A stretch of DNA of 17,626 nucleotides from Calditrichota bacterium. Lineage in GTDB: Bacteria; Calditrichota; Calditrichia; Calditrichales; Calditrichaceae. Numbering within the stretch: position 1 is the first letter of the stretch; every line of letters starts with the position of its first letter. Below, in pieces: positions 7,852 through 15,643 of the stretch. The stretch lies in the NCBI GenBank assembly GCA_003854985.1, contig RQOG01000153.1, forward strand, positions 1 through 17,626, in the 5' to 3' direction. A model generated the notes under the pieces. It was not told where the DNA came from, did not search any database, and was given only the letters and a program-made list of their open reading frames with translations. Made by a program: the position numbers and the translations under genes.

Positions 7852-8675
7852 AATGCCGTCCCCTGATCTTTTTGAGACGGACGGTCAAATATTGATTCGC
7901 CCAGAAATACATTCCATTCACCTTTTTCTATGGCTTTTTGCACCTTGATATCCCCATCGAGTAAGCGCATGGCTACCCAGCGCGGATTGGGCATATCGGG
8001 GAAAATCGTTTTGATTTCAGGAACCAGTTCATCCAGCGATTTTTTAATTTTATCACTGACCACAATACGGTGCGGTTTGGTTTTAATAATTCCGTCAATC
8101 ACATCGATTACTGCCTGAATGAGCTGACCTAAACCCTGTCCACTTCTGGCCACGGTTGGTATGACCGGCACGCCCAGTTCTTTTGAAAGCTGCGTATGAG
8201 ATACATCGATCCCTTTACGTTTAGCCTCATCAACCAGGTTAAGAGCTATGACCACTTTATTGGTAATCTCCAGAATCTGCAGGGTAAGATTCAGATTACG
8301 TTCCAGAACAGAGGCATCCACCACTATAATCGTGCAGTCCGGTTGACCAAAAAGTAGAAAATCCCTGGCAATTTCTTCATCAACGGATGCGGATAATAGT
8401 GAATATGTACCCGGCAGATCGACCAGTTTAAAGGATCTGCCACCCCATTTGAATCCACCTTCGGCACGGGTCACGGTTTTGCCGGGCCAGTTGCCGGTAT
8501 GCTGTTTTAAACCGGTTAAACTGTTAAAAACTGTACTTTTACCTGTATTGGGATTTCCGGCAAGCGCCACTACATGATCGATTTTATCAATTTCGATACC
8601 CAACCTTTTCAAATTGAAGCTGCAGGTATCGCAGACATTACCGGGAATAAGTCTGTTCTTTTTCTTGCGTTCCAT
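7848..8675 (-). CDS. feoB: FeoB N-terminal GTPase (G domain plus part of the helical/GDI domain) as a separate ORF.
   Basis: G1 GNPNTGKST, G3 DLPGT, G4 NLVD and G5 SGQG are all present. There is a roughly 30-aa N-terminal extension containing CDTC. GGAGAT SD sits 7 nt upstream of the ATG. Confidence 0.85.
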   Translation of the reverse strand: MERKKKNRLIPGNVCDTCSFNLKRLGIEIDKIDHVVALAGNPNTGKSTVFNSLTGLKQHTGNWPGKTVTRAEGGFKWGGRSFKLVDLPGTYSLLSASVDEEIARDFLLFGQPDCTIIVVDASVLERNLNLTLQILEITNKVVIALNLVDEAKRKGIDVSHTQLSKELGVPVIPTVARSGQGLGQLIQAVIDVIDGIIKTKPHRIVVSDKIKKSLDELVPEIKTIFPDMPNPRWVAMRLLDGDIKVQKAIEKGEWNVFLGESIFDRPSQKDQGTAL

Positions 8676-8691
8676 TAAAGATCTCCATCGT

Positions 8692-8707
8692 AAGAATATT
8701 AATTCTT
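8692..8707 (-). promoter_or_regulatory. A 16-bp palindrome (AAGAAT-ATTA-ATTCTT) immediately upstream of the feoB RBS. It is a candidate operator.
   Basis: The 6-bp arms are perfect. It lies in the 74-nt gap between the FeoA-fused regulator and feoB. The 10-mer AGAATATTAA also occurs upstream of the first dtxR-like gene (minus strand, + coordinates 10538-10547). Confidence 0.3.
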
Positions 8708-8749
8708 CTTTTCCTCATTTGATGTACCTGAAATGCTTTCCTTTGCGTT

Positions 8750-9736
8750 TCAGAATTTTTCAATAAAAATATTTCCGGCCTGTTTTTTACGTAAAGCGAT
8801 TTTAGCCCCACGGATGGAATAAGCCACCGGATCACCGCCAAATGAGCTGACTATAGCTTTGGTTATTTTTGCCCCTGGTGTAATACCCAGATCCAATATT
8901 CGCCTTCTGGCCAAACCCTGTATATCCGGTGAGAGGCCGATAACAATACCTGTTTCATTGGCAGACAGGTCCAACAGGCTTTTATTTTTCCTTGTTATCC
9001 CGCCCGTATAAGCAACCACATGAATATTTAGTGCTTCAAAAGTACTCAGAATCTGTTCCTTATCTTCAAATTTTATTGTAATTTTACAATCCTGCTTATC
9101 CGTAATTTTAATAAGCTGTTGAGGACGCAATCCCAACTTAAACAGTTTTTTACTGATATTATAGGGTTCATCTTCAATGTGATGAATCAATGCCTGATCC
9201 CCGGTAGTTAATTCGGTTACTGCCCGGATCTCTGTTTTTTTAATCCTGTGATCGATCGTCGGAATGGGATCACCATGCGGATCAATGGTTGGAAATCCGA
9301 GATGGACGTTTAATGCTTCCAGTCTGTCGCCCCGCAGATCATGTTCCATGTTTTCGGCCATACGGTGTATCTGGTGTATTGGCAGGTCTGTTTCCCTCCC
9401 CAGATAGGTTTCCCATAAACGATGAGCCCGGATAATTTCAATTACAACAGGTCGTCCTTCCGCTTTAAGCTCAATCCCTGTGGAAGTCATCCGGATCAAT
9501 CCTTTATTTTCCAGTTGATCCAAAATCCGGTAAATTTTATTTACCGATAATGATAGGGCACCTTTAAGACTTTCCACTGAGGCCGGTAATCCACGTTCAT
9601 TCCTGTGAAAAATAAACTTTAAGGCATCCTCATAATAAATACGGGTAAGTTTATTGTTGTAAGTTTTATCACGTTTGTAATAATAAATACCCAGGCCTGT
9701 AATTATAATTCCAAAAATAATATAATAAATCATCAT
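8750..9736 (-). CDS. Membrane-anchored DtxR-family metalloregulator with an extra C-terminal FeoA domain (TM, HTH, metal/dimerisation domain, SH3-like/FeoA, FeoA).
   Basis: Residues 1-21 (MMIYYIIFGIIITGLGIYYYK) form a hydrophobic helix. A winged-helix region and RAHRLWETYL...HQIHRMAENMEH...FPTIDPHGDPIP follow the DtxR N-domain pattern, then two SH3-like repeats. The second repeat (LGITPGAKI...GGDPVAYSIRGAKIALRKKQAGNIFI) is a textbook FeoA. Confidence 0.75.
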   Translation of the reverse strand: MMIYYIIFGIIITGLGIYYYKRDKTYNNKLTRIYYEDALKFIFHRNERGLPASVESLKGALSLSVNKIYRILDQLENKGLIRMTSTGIELKAEGRPVVIEIIRAHRLWETYLGRETDLPIHQIHRMAENMEHDLRGDRLEALNVHLGFPTIDPHGDPIPTIDHRIKKTEIRAVTELTTGDQALIHHIEDEPYNISKKLFKLGLRPQQLIKITDKQDCKITIKFEDKEQILSTFEALNIHVVAYTGGITRKNKSLLDLSANETGIVIGLSPDIQGLARRRILDLGITPGAKITKAIVSSFGGDPVAYSIRGAKIALRKKQAGNIFIEKF

Positions 9737-9754
9737 CTACCTGTTTAATATATG

Positions 9755-10411
9755 TTATTTAATAATTACTATAATTCCTTCCGCCATTTTACCTGAAAGC
9801 GACAAAAACTGTTTTCCATTAGTCAGCAGAAAGCTCGATTTACCAGGAGATAAATCGACCAACTCCCATACCGATCCTATCTTAAACTTTCTTTCAGTGA
9901 GGTAGTTCTCCGCTTTTGTATCCAGGTTTAGTTCATCTATTGTGAACATTAATCCGGTCTTCAAAGATTTAAGAACATGTTTTTTAATTTTTATGTCCAG
10001 GCAGGGAATTGATGAACCGTGCGGATCAACTGTTGGAAAATCCAGATATTTGTCGATATGATGCATCAGTTGATCGGAGACCACATGTTCCAATCGTTCA
10101 GCCTCTTCATGTAATAACTGACCGTCAAGTTTCAATACTTTTTCCAGAAAGGATTCGATCAAACGGTGTTTGCGAACCAGCCTAAGGGCAATCTGCTTCC
10201 CGGCATCTGTAAGACAGGCTCCATCCGATTTATTGTAATCAATAAGGCTTATTTTACACAATTGTTGAAACATGGATAGCACTGTAGGTGGTTTGACCTT
10301 ATATAATTCCGAAACCCTTTTTGCTGTCGCTTTACTATTTTTATCATTGATATACCAGATTAATTTTAGATAATCTTCCTGGCTGGGTGTTAATTTTGTA
10401 AACGAATTCAT
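9755..10411 (-). CDS. DtxR/IdeR/MntR-family metal-dependent transcriptional repressor with the usual C-terminal SH3-like domain.
   Basis: SQEDYLKLIW, RKHRLIESFL, HEEAERLEH and FPTVDPHG match the DtxR family. It lies 18 nt upstream of the next gene. Confidence 0.8.
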   Translation of the reverse strand: MNSFTKLTPSQEDYLKLIWYINDKNSKATAKRVSELYKVKPPTVLSMFQQLCKISLIDYNKSDGACLTDAGKQIALRLVRKHRLIESFLEKVLKLDGQLLHEEAERLEHVVSDQLMHHIDKYLDFPTVDPHGSSIPCLDIKIKKHVLKSLKTGLMFTIDELNLDTKAENYLTERKFKIGSVWELVDLSPGKSSFLLTNGKQFLSLSGKMAEGIIVIIK

Positions 10412-10523
10412 AAAGTTAGATATACCTACTTTAAAATAAGATTGCTCTAATTTATATTGTTTTTAAGAAAATGCAATTGTTTTTTTATGACCCGGGTAAA
10501 AAAATTGTTAATTATATTTCTCC

Positions 10524-10532
10524 ATTCTAATC
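10524..10532 (-). promoter_or_regulatory. Minus-strand GATTAGAAT, a −10-like element about 113 nt upstream of the dtxR-like gene. It is a candidate feo-operon promoter.
   Basis: The + strand reads ATTCTAATC. It is divergent from the + strand motif at 10563-10577. Confidence 0.25.
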
Positions 10533-10562
10533 TCATTTTAATATTCTCTGATTGATACGCTA

Positions 10563-10577
10563 TTTTAGGTATAGAAT
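10563..10577 (+). promoter_or_regulatory. Copy 3 of TTTAG-GTA-TAGAAT, a promoter candidate for the 2-oxoacid dehydrogenase operon.
   Basis: TTTTAGGTATAGAATTAT lies about 150 nt before the ORF at 10726 and 355 nt before the E1 ATG. Confidence 0.3.
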
Positions 10578-10725
10578 TATAAAACCAACTTTTTTGTTTG
10601 AACAGAACTGTTTCCGTCCGGGAAATTCCAGATCCTGTGGTCAGATTATTAAAATACCTGGCCGGAAATTTTTTCTTACGATTATTTCGTTTACTAAGGC
10701 GTCATAAAAAATAAAAGGCGCTGAT

Positions 10726-10941
10726 GTGAAATCCAAAAAACAGGCCATGTGCCCGCTCTTTCCGGATGTTGTCTGCCCGCAGGGGCAGGAAGCCGCCGAT
10801 GCCTGCCAGGTGCGGCAGAACGGCGATTATGATCCGGTTAACGATTTCCGCGATTATCTTTATATGAACTGTGCGATTCAGATCGCTCACCGGCAGAGTG
10901 AGAGTGAACAGAAAATGACCGGGAAACAGTCCGATGAATGA
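10726..10941 (+). CDS. Possible small Cys-containing ORF (71 aa) or structured GC-rich leader overlapping the E1 start by 8 nt.
   Basis: GTG start with a weak SD. The composition is GC-rich and coding-like, with four Cys residues and no recognisable family. It contains the hairpin CTGCCC-GCAG-GGGCAG (10775-10790). Confidence 0.2.
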   Translation: MKSKKQAMCPLFPDVVCPQGQEAADACQVRQNGDYDPVNDFRDYLYMNCAIQIAHRQSESEQKMTGKQSDE

Positions 10942-12982
10942 AGCGCTTGCCGTCAAATCTCAGCCTAAAGTCCGGAAATCGGGATTAAATAAATCCGTGC
11001 TGATTTCCCTGTATAAAAATATGATTACTTCGCGTTTGATGGATGAGAAAATGTTGATTATGCTTAAACAGGGTAAAAGCTTTTTTCATATCGGCGCGGC
11101 CGGCCATGAGGCGGCTCAGACCGCAGCCGGATTCGTTCTGCGTCCCGGAATTGACTATGCCTATCCCTATTATCGCGACCTGGCGTTTGTGCTGCAATAC
11201 GGAGTTACACCTGTGGAAATCTTTCTCAATTTTTTAGCCAAAGCGGCTGATCCCAGTTCCGGCGGCCGGCAAATGTCCAATCATTACGGTCATAGAGAAA
11301 AACGAATAGTCTCCCAGTCCAGTCCAACGGGCACGCAGTATTTACAGGCTGTCGGCACGGCCCTGGCCATCAAAAAAACAGGCGGCGATGAAGTCGTCTA
11401 TGTTTCTTCGGGCGAGGGCGCTACCAGTCAGGGTGATTTTCATGAGGCGTTAAACTGGGCGTCACGGGACCGTTTGCCGGTGATTTTTTTCATAGAAAAC
11501 AATAAATATGCCATATCCACGCCGGTAACCGAACAGATGAGCGGTGAATCGGTTTTTAAATTTACCGCTGGGTATGAAGGATTGAACCGTTTTCGGGCAG
11601 ACGGCACCGATTTTTTTGACACATACAACATAATACATCAGGCGGTTGAACGGGCAAAATCAGGAGATGGAGCGGCGCTGATCGAAGCCGATACGGTGCG
11701 GCTGATGCCTCATTCTTCTTCCGATTCACAAAAAAAATATCGCAGCAGGGAAGACCTGGAAAATGATATCAGGCGCGATCCGGTTTTGAGATTTCAGAAT
11801 TTCCTGCTTGAAAAAGAATATGCGGATGAATATGAAATTGATGAAATAAAAGCCGGATGCCGGAAGCTAGTCGATGAATCCGCTGAGGAGGCGCAGTCTT
11901 TTGCTGATCCGGATAAAAAAACACTATTCAATTTTATCCTGGCGCCGCAGGAAGAACACGCGCATTTAGCTTATGAAAAAATCGAGCCAAGCGGCAATAA
12001 AGTAGTTATGGTTGACGCTATCAATCATGCCTTAAAGGAAGAAATGGCTGCCAATGATAAAATGTATATTTTTGGCCAGGATGTGGCCGACGGCAAGGGC
12101 GGCGTATTCACGGCCACAACCGGCATCTCTACGGAATTCGGCAAAGAGCGTTGTTTTAACTCGCCTTTGGCCGAATCGAGCATCGTTGGCGTAGCCATCG
12201 GGATGGCGGTTACCGGATTAAAACCGGTGGTGGAAATCCAGTTCGGCGATTATATCTGGACGGCCATGATGCAGATTCGTAACGAGCTTTCCACGATGCG
12301 CTGGCGCTCTAATAATTTCTGGCAAGCGCCGGTGGTTATCCGCATACCGGTTGGCGGGTATATCCATGGCGGATTGTGCCATTCGCAGAATATCGAAGCG
12401 TTTTTCTCGCATATCCCGGGATTAAAAATTGCTTATCCCTCCAATGCGGCCGATGCCAAAGGACTTTTAAAAACCGCCGTCAGAGGCGGCGATCCGGTAT
12501 TGTTTTTGGAGCATAAAGGATTATACCGTCAGAGTAATGCCGCTACGCCGGAACCGGACAGCAAATACTTACTGCCTTTTGGGAAGGCAGCCCTGAAAAA
12601 GGAAGGACAGGATATCACCATAATCACCTGGGGGGCGTTGGTGCAGAAATCGCTCGAAGCCGCCAAAGCGCTGGAGAAGGAAGGCGTTTCCGTTGAAATT
12701 ATCGATATCAGGACCATTAATCCTTTGGATAAAGAAACGATTCTGCAATCGGTTAAAAAAACCGGAAAGGTTTTAGTGGCCCATGAAGATACCCGCTTCC
12801 AGGGTTTCGGGGCGGAAATTGCCGCACACCTTGCCGAATTTACCTTTGAATATCTGGATGCCCCGGTTATGCGCCTTGCCGGCGCGGACACGCCGGTGCC
12901 GTTTAGTCCGGTTCTGGAAGAAGAGGCGTTACCGCAGATTGATGATATAGCGGATGCGCTTAGAAAGTTATCGGAGTATTAA
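10934..12982 (+). CDS. 2-oxoacid dehydrogenase E1 component with fused alpha and beta subunits (TPP-dependent).
   Basis: 682 aa. The alpha part has the TPP motif GEGATSQGDFHEALNWASRDRLPVIFFIENN (GDG-X26-NN). The beta part has transketolase-like Pyr and C-terminal domains (GQDVADGKGGVF..., VVEIQFGDY..., PVLFLEHKGLY). Confidence 0.85.
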   Translation: MNEALAVKSQPKVRKSGLNKSVLISLYKNMITSRLMDEKMLIMLKQGKSFFHIGAAGHEAAQTAAGFVLRPGIDYAYPYYRDLAFVLQYGVTPVEIFLNFLAKAADPSSGGRQMSNHYGHREKRIVSQSSPTGTQYLQAVGTALAIKKTGGDEVVYVSSGEGATSQGDFHEALNWASRDRLPVIFFIENNKYAISTPVTEQMSGESVFKFTAGYEGLNRFRADGTDFFDTYNIIHQAVERAKSGDGAALIEADTVRLMPHSSSDSQKKYRSREDLENDIRRDPVLRFQNFLLEKEYADEYEIDEIKAGCRKLVDESAEEAQSFADPDKKTLFNFILAPQEEHAHLAYEKIEPSGNKVVMVDAINHALKEEMAANDKMYIFGQDVADGKGGVFTATTGISTEFGKERCFNSPLAESSIVGVAIGMAVTGLKPVVEIQFGDYIWTAMMQIRNELSTMRWRSNNFWQAPVVIRIPVGGYIHGGLCHSQNIEAFFSHIPGLKIAYPSNAADAKGLLKTAVRGGDPVLFLEHKGLYRQSNAATPEPDSKYLLPFGKAALKKEGQDITIITWGALVQKSLEAAKALEKEGVSVEIIDIRTINPLDKETILQSVKKTGKVLVAHEDTRFQGFGAEIAAHLAEFTFEYLDAPVMRLAGADTPVPFSPVLEEEALPQIDDIADALRKLSEY

Positions 12983-12984
12983 AT

Positions 12985-14220
12985 ATGAAACTGGAAATGG
13001 TTATGCCAAAAATGGGTGAGTCCATTACCGAAGGCGTTATTGTAAAATGGTTAAAAGCGGCAGGGGACACGGTGGAAAATGATGAGATCATTCTGGAAAT
13101 AAGCACCGATAAAGTGGATTCGGAAATACCGACGCCTGCGGCGGGTAAAATCATTGAATTGCTGGCCGGAGAAGGCGAAACGGTCGAAGTAGGTAAACCT
13201 ATCGCCGTAATAGAGACAGATCATGTAACCTATACAAAGAAATCTGCGGAAATAGTCGCCGGTCAAAATGAGCCGGTCAGTCAACCGGTTAAGCAGCCGA
13301 CGCTGAATAAAAGCATACAATTTAAAAAATCAAACCGGTTTTATTCACCGGTGGTCATGAATATGGCTTCGCAGCATAACCTGTCCATGGAAATTCTGGA
13401 AAGCCTTCCCGGATCGGGTTCGGGCGGACGCCTGACCAAAAAGGATTTACTGGCCTATTTAAATTCCGATACTCAGTCTAAATCACAAACCTCCGTATCG
13501 GATACCGTGCAAAAGCCGGCCGGTGACATGGTGGAAATCCTGCCCATGGATCATATACGTAAACGTATCGCGGAGCATATGATCCATTCCATTAAGACTT
13601 CCGCCCAGGTGGCGCTTTATACGGAAGTGGATATGTTAAATATTCATAAAATCCGTGAGGCCAATAATGAAATCTTTAAAGCCAGGGAAGGCTTTGGCCT
13701 GACTTATCTGCCGTTTGTCGTGGAAGCGGCCGTGCAGGCGTTAAAGGAATTTCCCCTGCTTAACGCCCGGATTGACGGCGATAATATTTTAATAAATAAA
13801 TTTTATAATATCGGTATTGCCGTGGCGGTAGAAAACGGATTAATTGTACCCAATATTTTTCATTGTGAAGAACTTAATCTGACAGGCATTGCCCGGGCGA
13901 TTAACGATCTGGCGGTTCGGGCCAGGAATAAAAAACTGAATCCCGATGAATTAACAGGCGGCACATTTTCGGTATCCAATTTCGGCCTTTATGGCGTCAC
14001 CGCGGGATTTCCTATTATAAACCAGCCGCAATCCGCCATTTTAGGCGTCGGCGCGGTGAAAAAACGCCCGGTGGTAATCGATGACGCTATTGCCATCCGG
14101 CCGGTTATGCATCTCTCGCTGACCATTGATCACCGTCTGATTGACGGGGCGATGGGATCACAGTTTTTACAGCGCATCGCTGGTCTTCTCGAAAATTATG
14201 ATATAACCCAAAAACCATAA
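12985..14220 (+). CDS. Dihydrolipoamide acyltransferase E2 (lipoyl domain, peripheral-subunit-binding domain, catalytic domain).
   Basis: Lipoyl-lysine motif EISTDKVDSEIP. E3-binding domain SPVVMNMASQHNLSMEILESLPGSGSGGRLTKKDLLAYL. Catalytic DHRLIDG motif. It lies 2 nt after E1. Confidence 0.85.
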   Translation: MKLEMVMPKMGESITEGVIVKWLKAAGDTVENDEIILEISTDKVDSEIPTPAAGKIIELLAGEGETVEVGKPIAVIETDHVTYTKKSAEIVAGQNEPVSQPVKQPTLNKSIQFKKSNRFYSPVVMNMASQHNLSMEILESLPGSGSGGRLTKKDLLAYLNSDTQSKSQTSVSDTVQKPAGDMVEILPMDHIRKRIAEHMIHSIKTSAQVALYTEVDMLNIHKIREANNEIFKAREGFGLTYLPFVVEAAVQALKEFPLLNARIDGDNILINKFYNIGIAVAVENGLIVPNIFHCEELNLTGIARAINDLAVRARNKKLNPDELTGGTFSVSNFGLYGVTAGFPIINQPQSAILGVGAVKKRPVVIDDAIAIRPVMHLSLTIDHRLIDGAMGSQFLQRIAGLLENYDITQKP

Positions 14221-14229
14221 TCCTTTAGT

Positions 14230-14568
14230 ATGTTCAAATATGAAAAGCATGTGTTTGTTTGCGGGAACCGCCGTCCGCCGAAAGCGTCTAAAAGGTCATG
14301 TGGCAATCATGGCTCGGATAACCTGTTTGATGCAATGAAAATCCGGGTGGGAGAGTCAGGCCTGGCTTCAAAAGTAAGAATTAACCGGGCGGGCTGTCTT
14401 GGGCGTTGTGATTTTGGACCAACGATTGTAATTTATCCGCAGGGAATCTGGTATGGCGGCGTAAAAATGGATGATATTGAAGAAATCATTGAAAAATCGA
14501 TTTTAAAAGATGAAATTATAGGCAGACTCGTCATCGGGAACAATAATGAAAAAACTGATACTCCATAA
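14230..14568 (+). CDS. Thioredoxin-like [2Fe-2S] ferredoxin.
   Basis: Cys ligands at C11, C24, C56 and C60 give the spacing C-X12-C-X31-C-X3-C, with HVFVCGN and GCLGRCDFGPTIVIYP. This is the pattern of NuoE/Fd4-type thioredoxin-fold ferredoxins. Confidence 0.7.
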   Translation: MFKYEKHVFVCGNRRPPKASKRSCGNHGSDNLFDAMKIRVGESGLASKVRINRAGCLGRCDFGPTIVIYPQGIWYGGVKMDDIEEIIEKSILKDEIIGRLVIGNNNEKTDTP

Positions 14569-15634
14569 ATTTCATAAATCGATGCAGGCGGCATTTGATA
14601 CGCTGGATGACCGCATCATTCCTTATCACTATGGCAACCCGGTAACCGAAGTTAATGCGCTGATGAATTCGGTTGGATTAACAGACCGCAGTTATCTGGG
14701 TAAAGTAAGACTGCGCGGAAAAGATGCCCTGGATTTATTAAACAGAATCAGTACGAATGACATGTCTAAATTGATGCTGGGCCAGGTTTGTGATACTTTG
14801 TTTACAACGCCGAAAGGCAGGATTATCGATTATTGCCGCGCCTTTATTTTAAACGGCGATATCATTCTTATCAGCAGTTATTCCAACACCAACCATCTGA
14901 TCAACTGGATCAACCGTTTTGTAATTACAGAAGACGCGGAAGCTATGGATATCAGCGACGACCTGGTCTGGCTGATGCTCGCCGGTCCCGACAGCTGCAG
15001 GTTTATTGAATCCTTATCTGCGGAAAAAGAAATTACCGCAGAAGACAATTTATGGCTGAACTTTGGTAATATTGCCTTTCCGGTTTTCAGTAATAAGGAT
15101 TATCTGGTTCCGGCCTATGATATCTGCATTTCTCCGGATGAAGCCAGGGAAATAGTTCCGGAACTTAAAGAGCGGTTGTTATTTTCAGAAGGCAGTATGG
15201 CCGGTTATTCTGCCTATCAGACGCTTCGGGTGGAAAGCGGTATGCCGGCCTGGGGAAATGAATTATCCGAAAACTATAATCCGCATGAAGCCAGGCTGAT
15301 TAACGCCGTCAGTTTTACTAAAGGCTGTTATACCGGTCAGGAGGTAATCGCCCGGCTGGATGCTTATGACAAGGTTCAAAAATACTTAATGGTGATTAAT
15401 CCTGATGATACAATTGATTTTAAGCCTCCGCTTGATATTTACCTGGATGATGAAAAGATAGGCACGCTGACCAGCCTGATAACCAATCCGAAGACAAACA
15501 AACCGGTGGGATTAGGTTATGTCAGTAAAAACTATGCGCTGGAAAATATAAATTTAAAAGCGGACATTGTAGCCGGCAACAAGCGAATAAATTCCACCTT
15601 GCGCATACCGCCTAAAAATTTGACATCGTTTTAA
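14546..15634 (+). CDS. ygfZ: YgfZ/CAF17-family folate-binding protein (GcvT-like), an Fe-S cluster repair/assembly factor.
   Basis: The family signature KGCYTGQE is present (FTKGCYTGQEVIARL), on an aminomethyltransferase-like fold. The start is ambiguous: 14546 overlaps the ferredoxin gene by 23 nt, while 14582 leaves a 13-nt gap. Confidence 0.75.
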   Translation: MKKLILHKFHKSMQAAFDTLDDRIIPYHYGNPVTEVNALMNSVGLTDRSYLGKVRLRGKDALDLLNRISTNDMSKLMLGQVCDTLFTTPKGRIIDYCRAFILNGDIILISSYSNTNHLINWINRFVITEDAEAMDISDDLVWLMLAGPDSCRFIESLSAEKEITAEDNLWLNFGNIAFPVFSNKDYLVPAYDICISPDEAREIVPELKERLLFSEGSMAGYSAYQTLRVESGMPAWGNELSENYNPHEARLINAVSFTKGCYTGQEVIARLDAYDKVQKYLMVINPDDTIDFKPPLDIYLDDEKIGTLTSLITNPKTNKPVGLGYVSKNYALENINLKADIVAGNKRINSTLRIPPKNLTSF

Positions 15635-15643
15635 ATTCCATGT

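Noticed and set aside
10412-10725. A canonical DtxR/IdeR operator (TTAGGTTAGSCTAACCTAA) in the dtxR upstream region.
   Set aside because: Only a half-site-like TTTAGGTATAG is present (10565-10574), with no inverted partner. The operator, if any, must differ from the Corynebacterium/Mycobacterium consensus.
12529-12891. Minus-strand 120-aa ORF inside the E1 gene, plus other 60-110 aa antisense ORFs in E1/E2 (10985-11197, 11440-11631, 12218-12412, 12960-13154, 13051-13320).
   Set aside because: They are antisense shadows of a GC-richer conserved gene, and none has an SD.
14219-14230. A 12-nt identity ATCCTTTAGTAT shared with 2376-2387.
   Set aside because: Chance 12-mer matches are expected several times in a window of this size. 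Here it lies across a gene start rather than in a promoter context.
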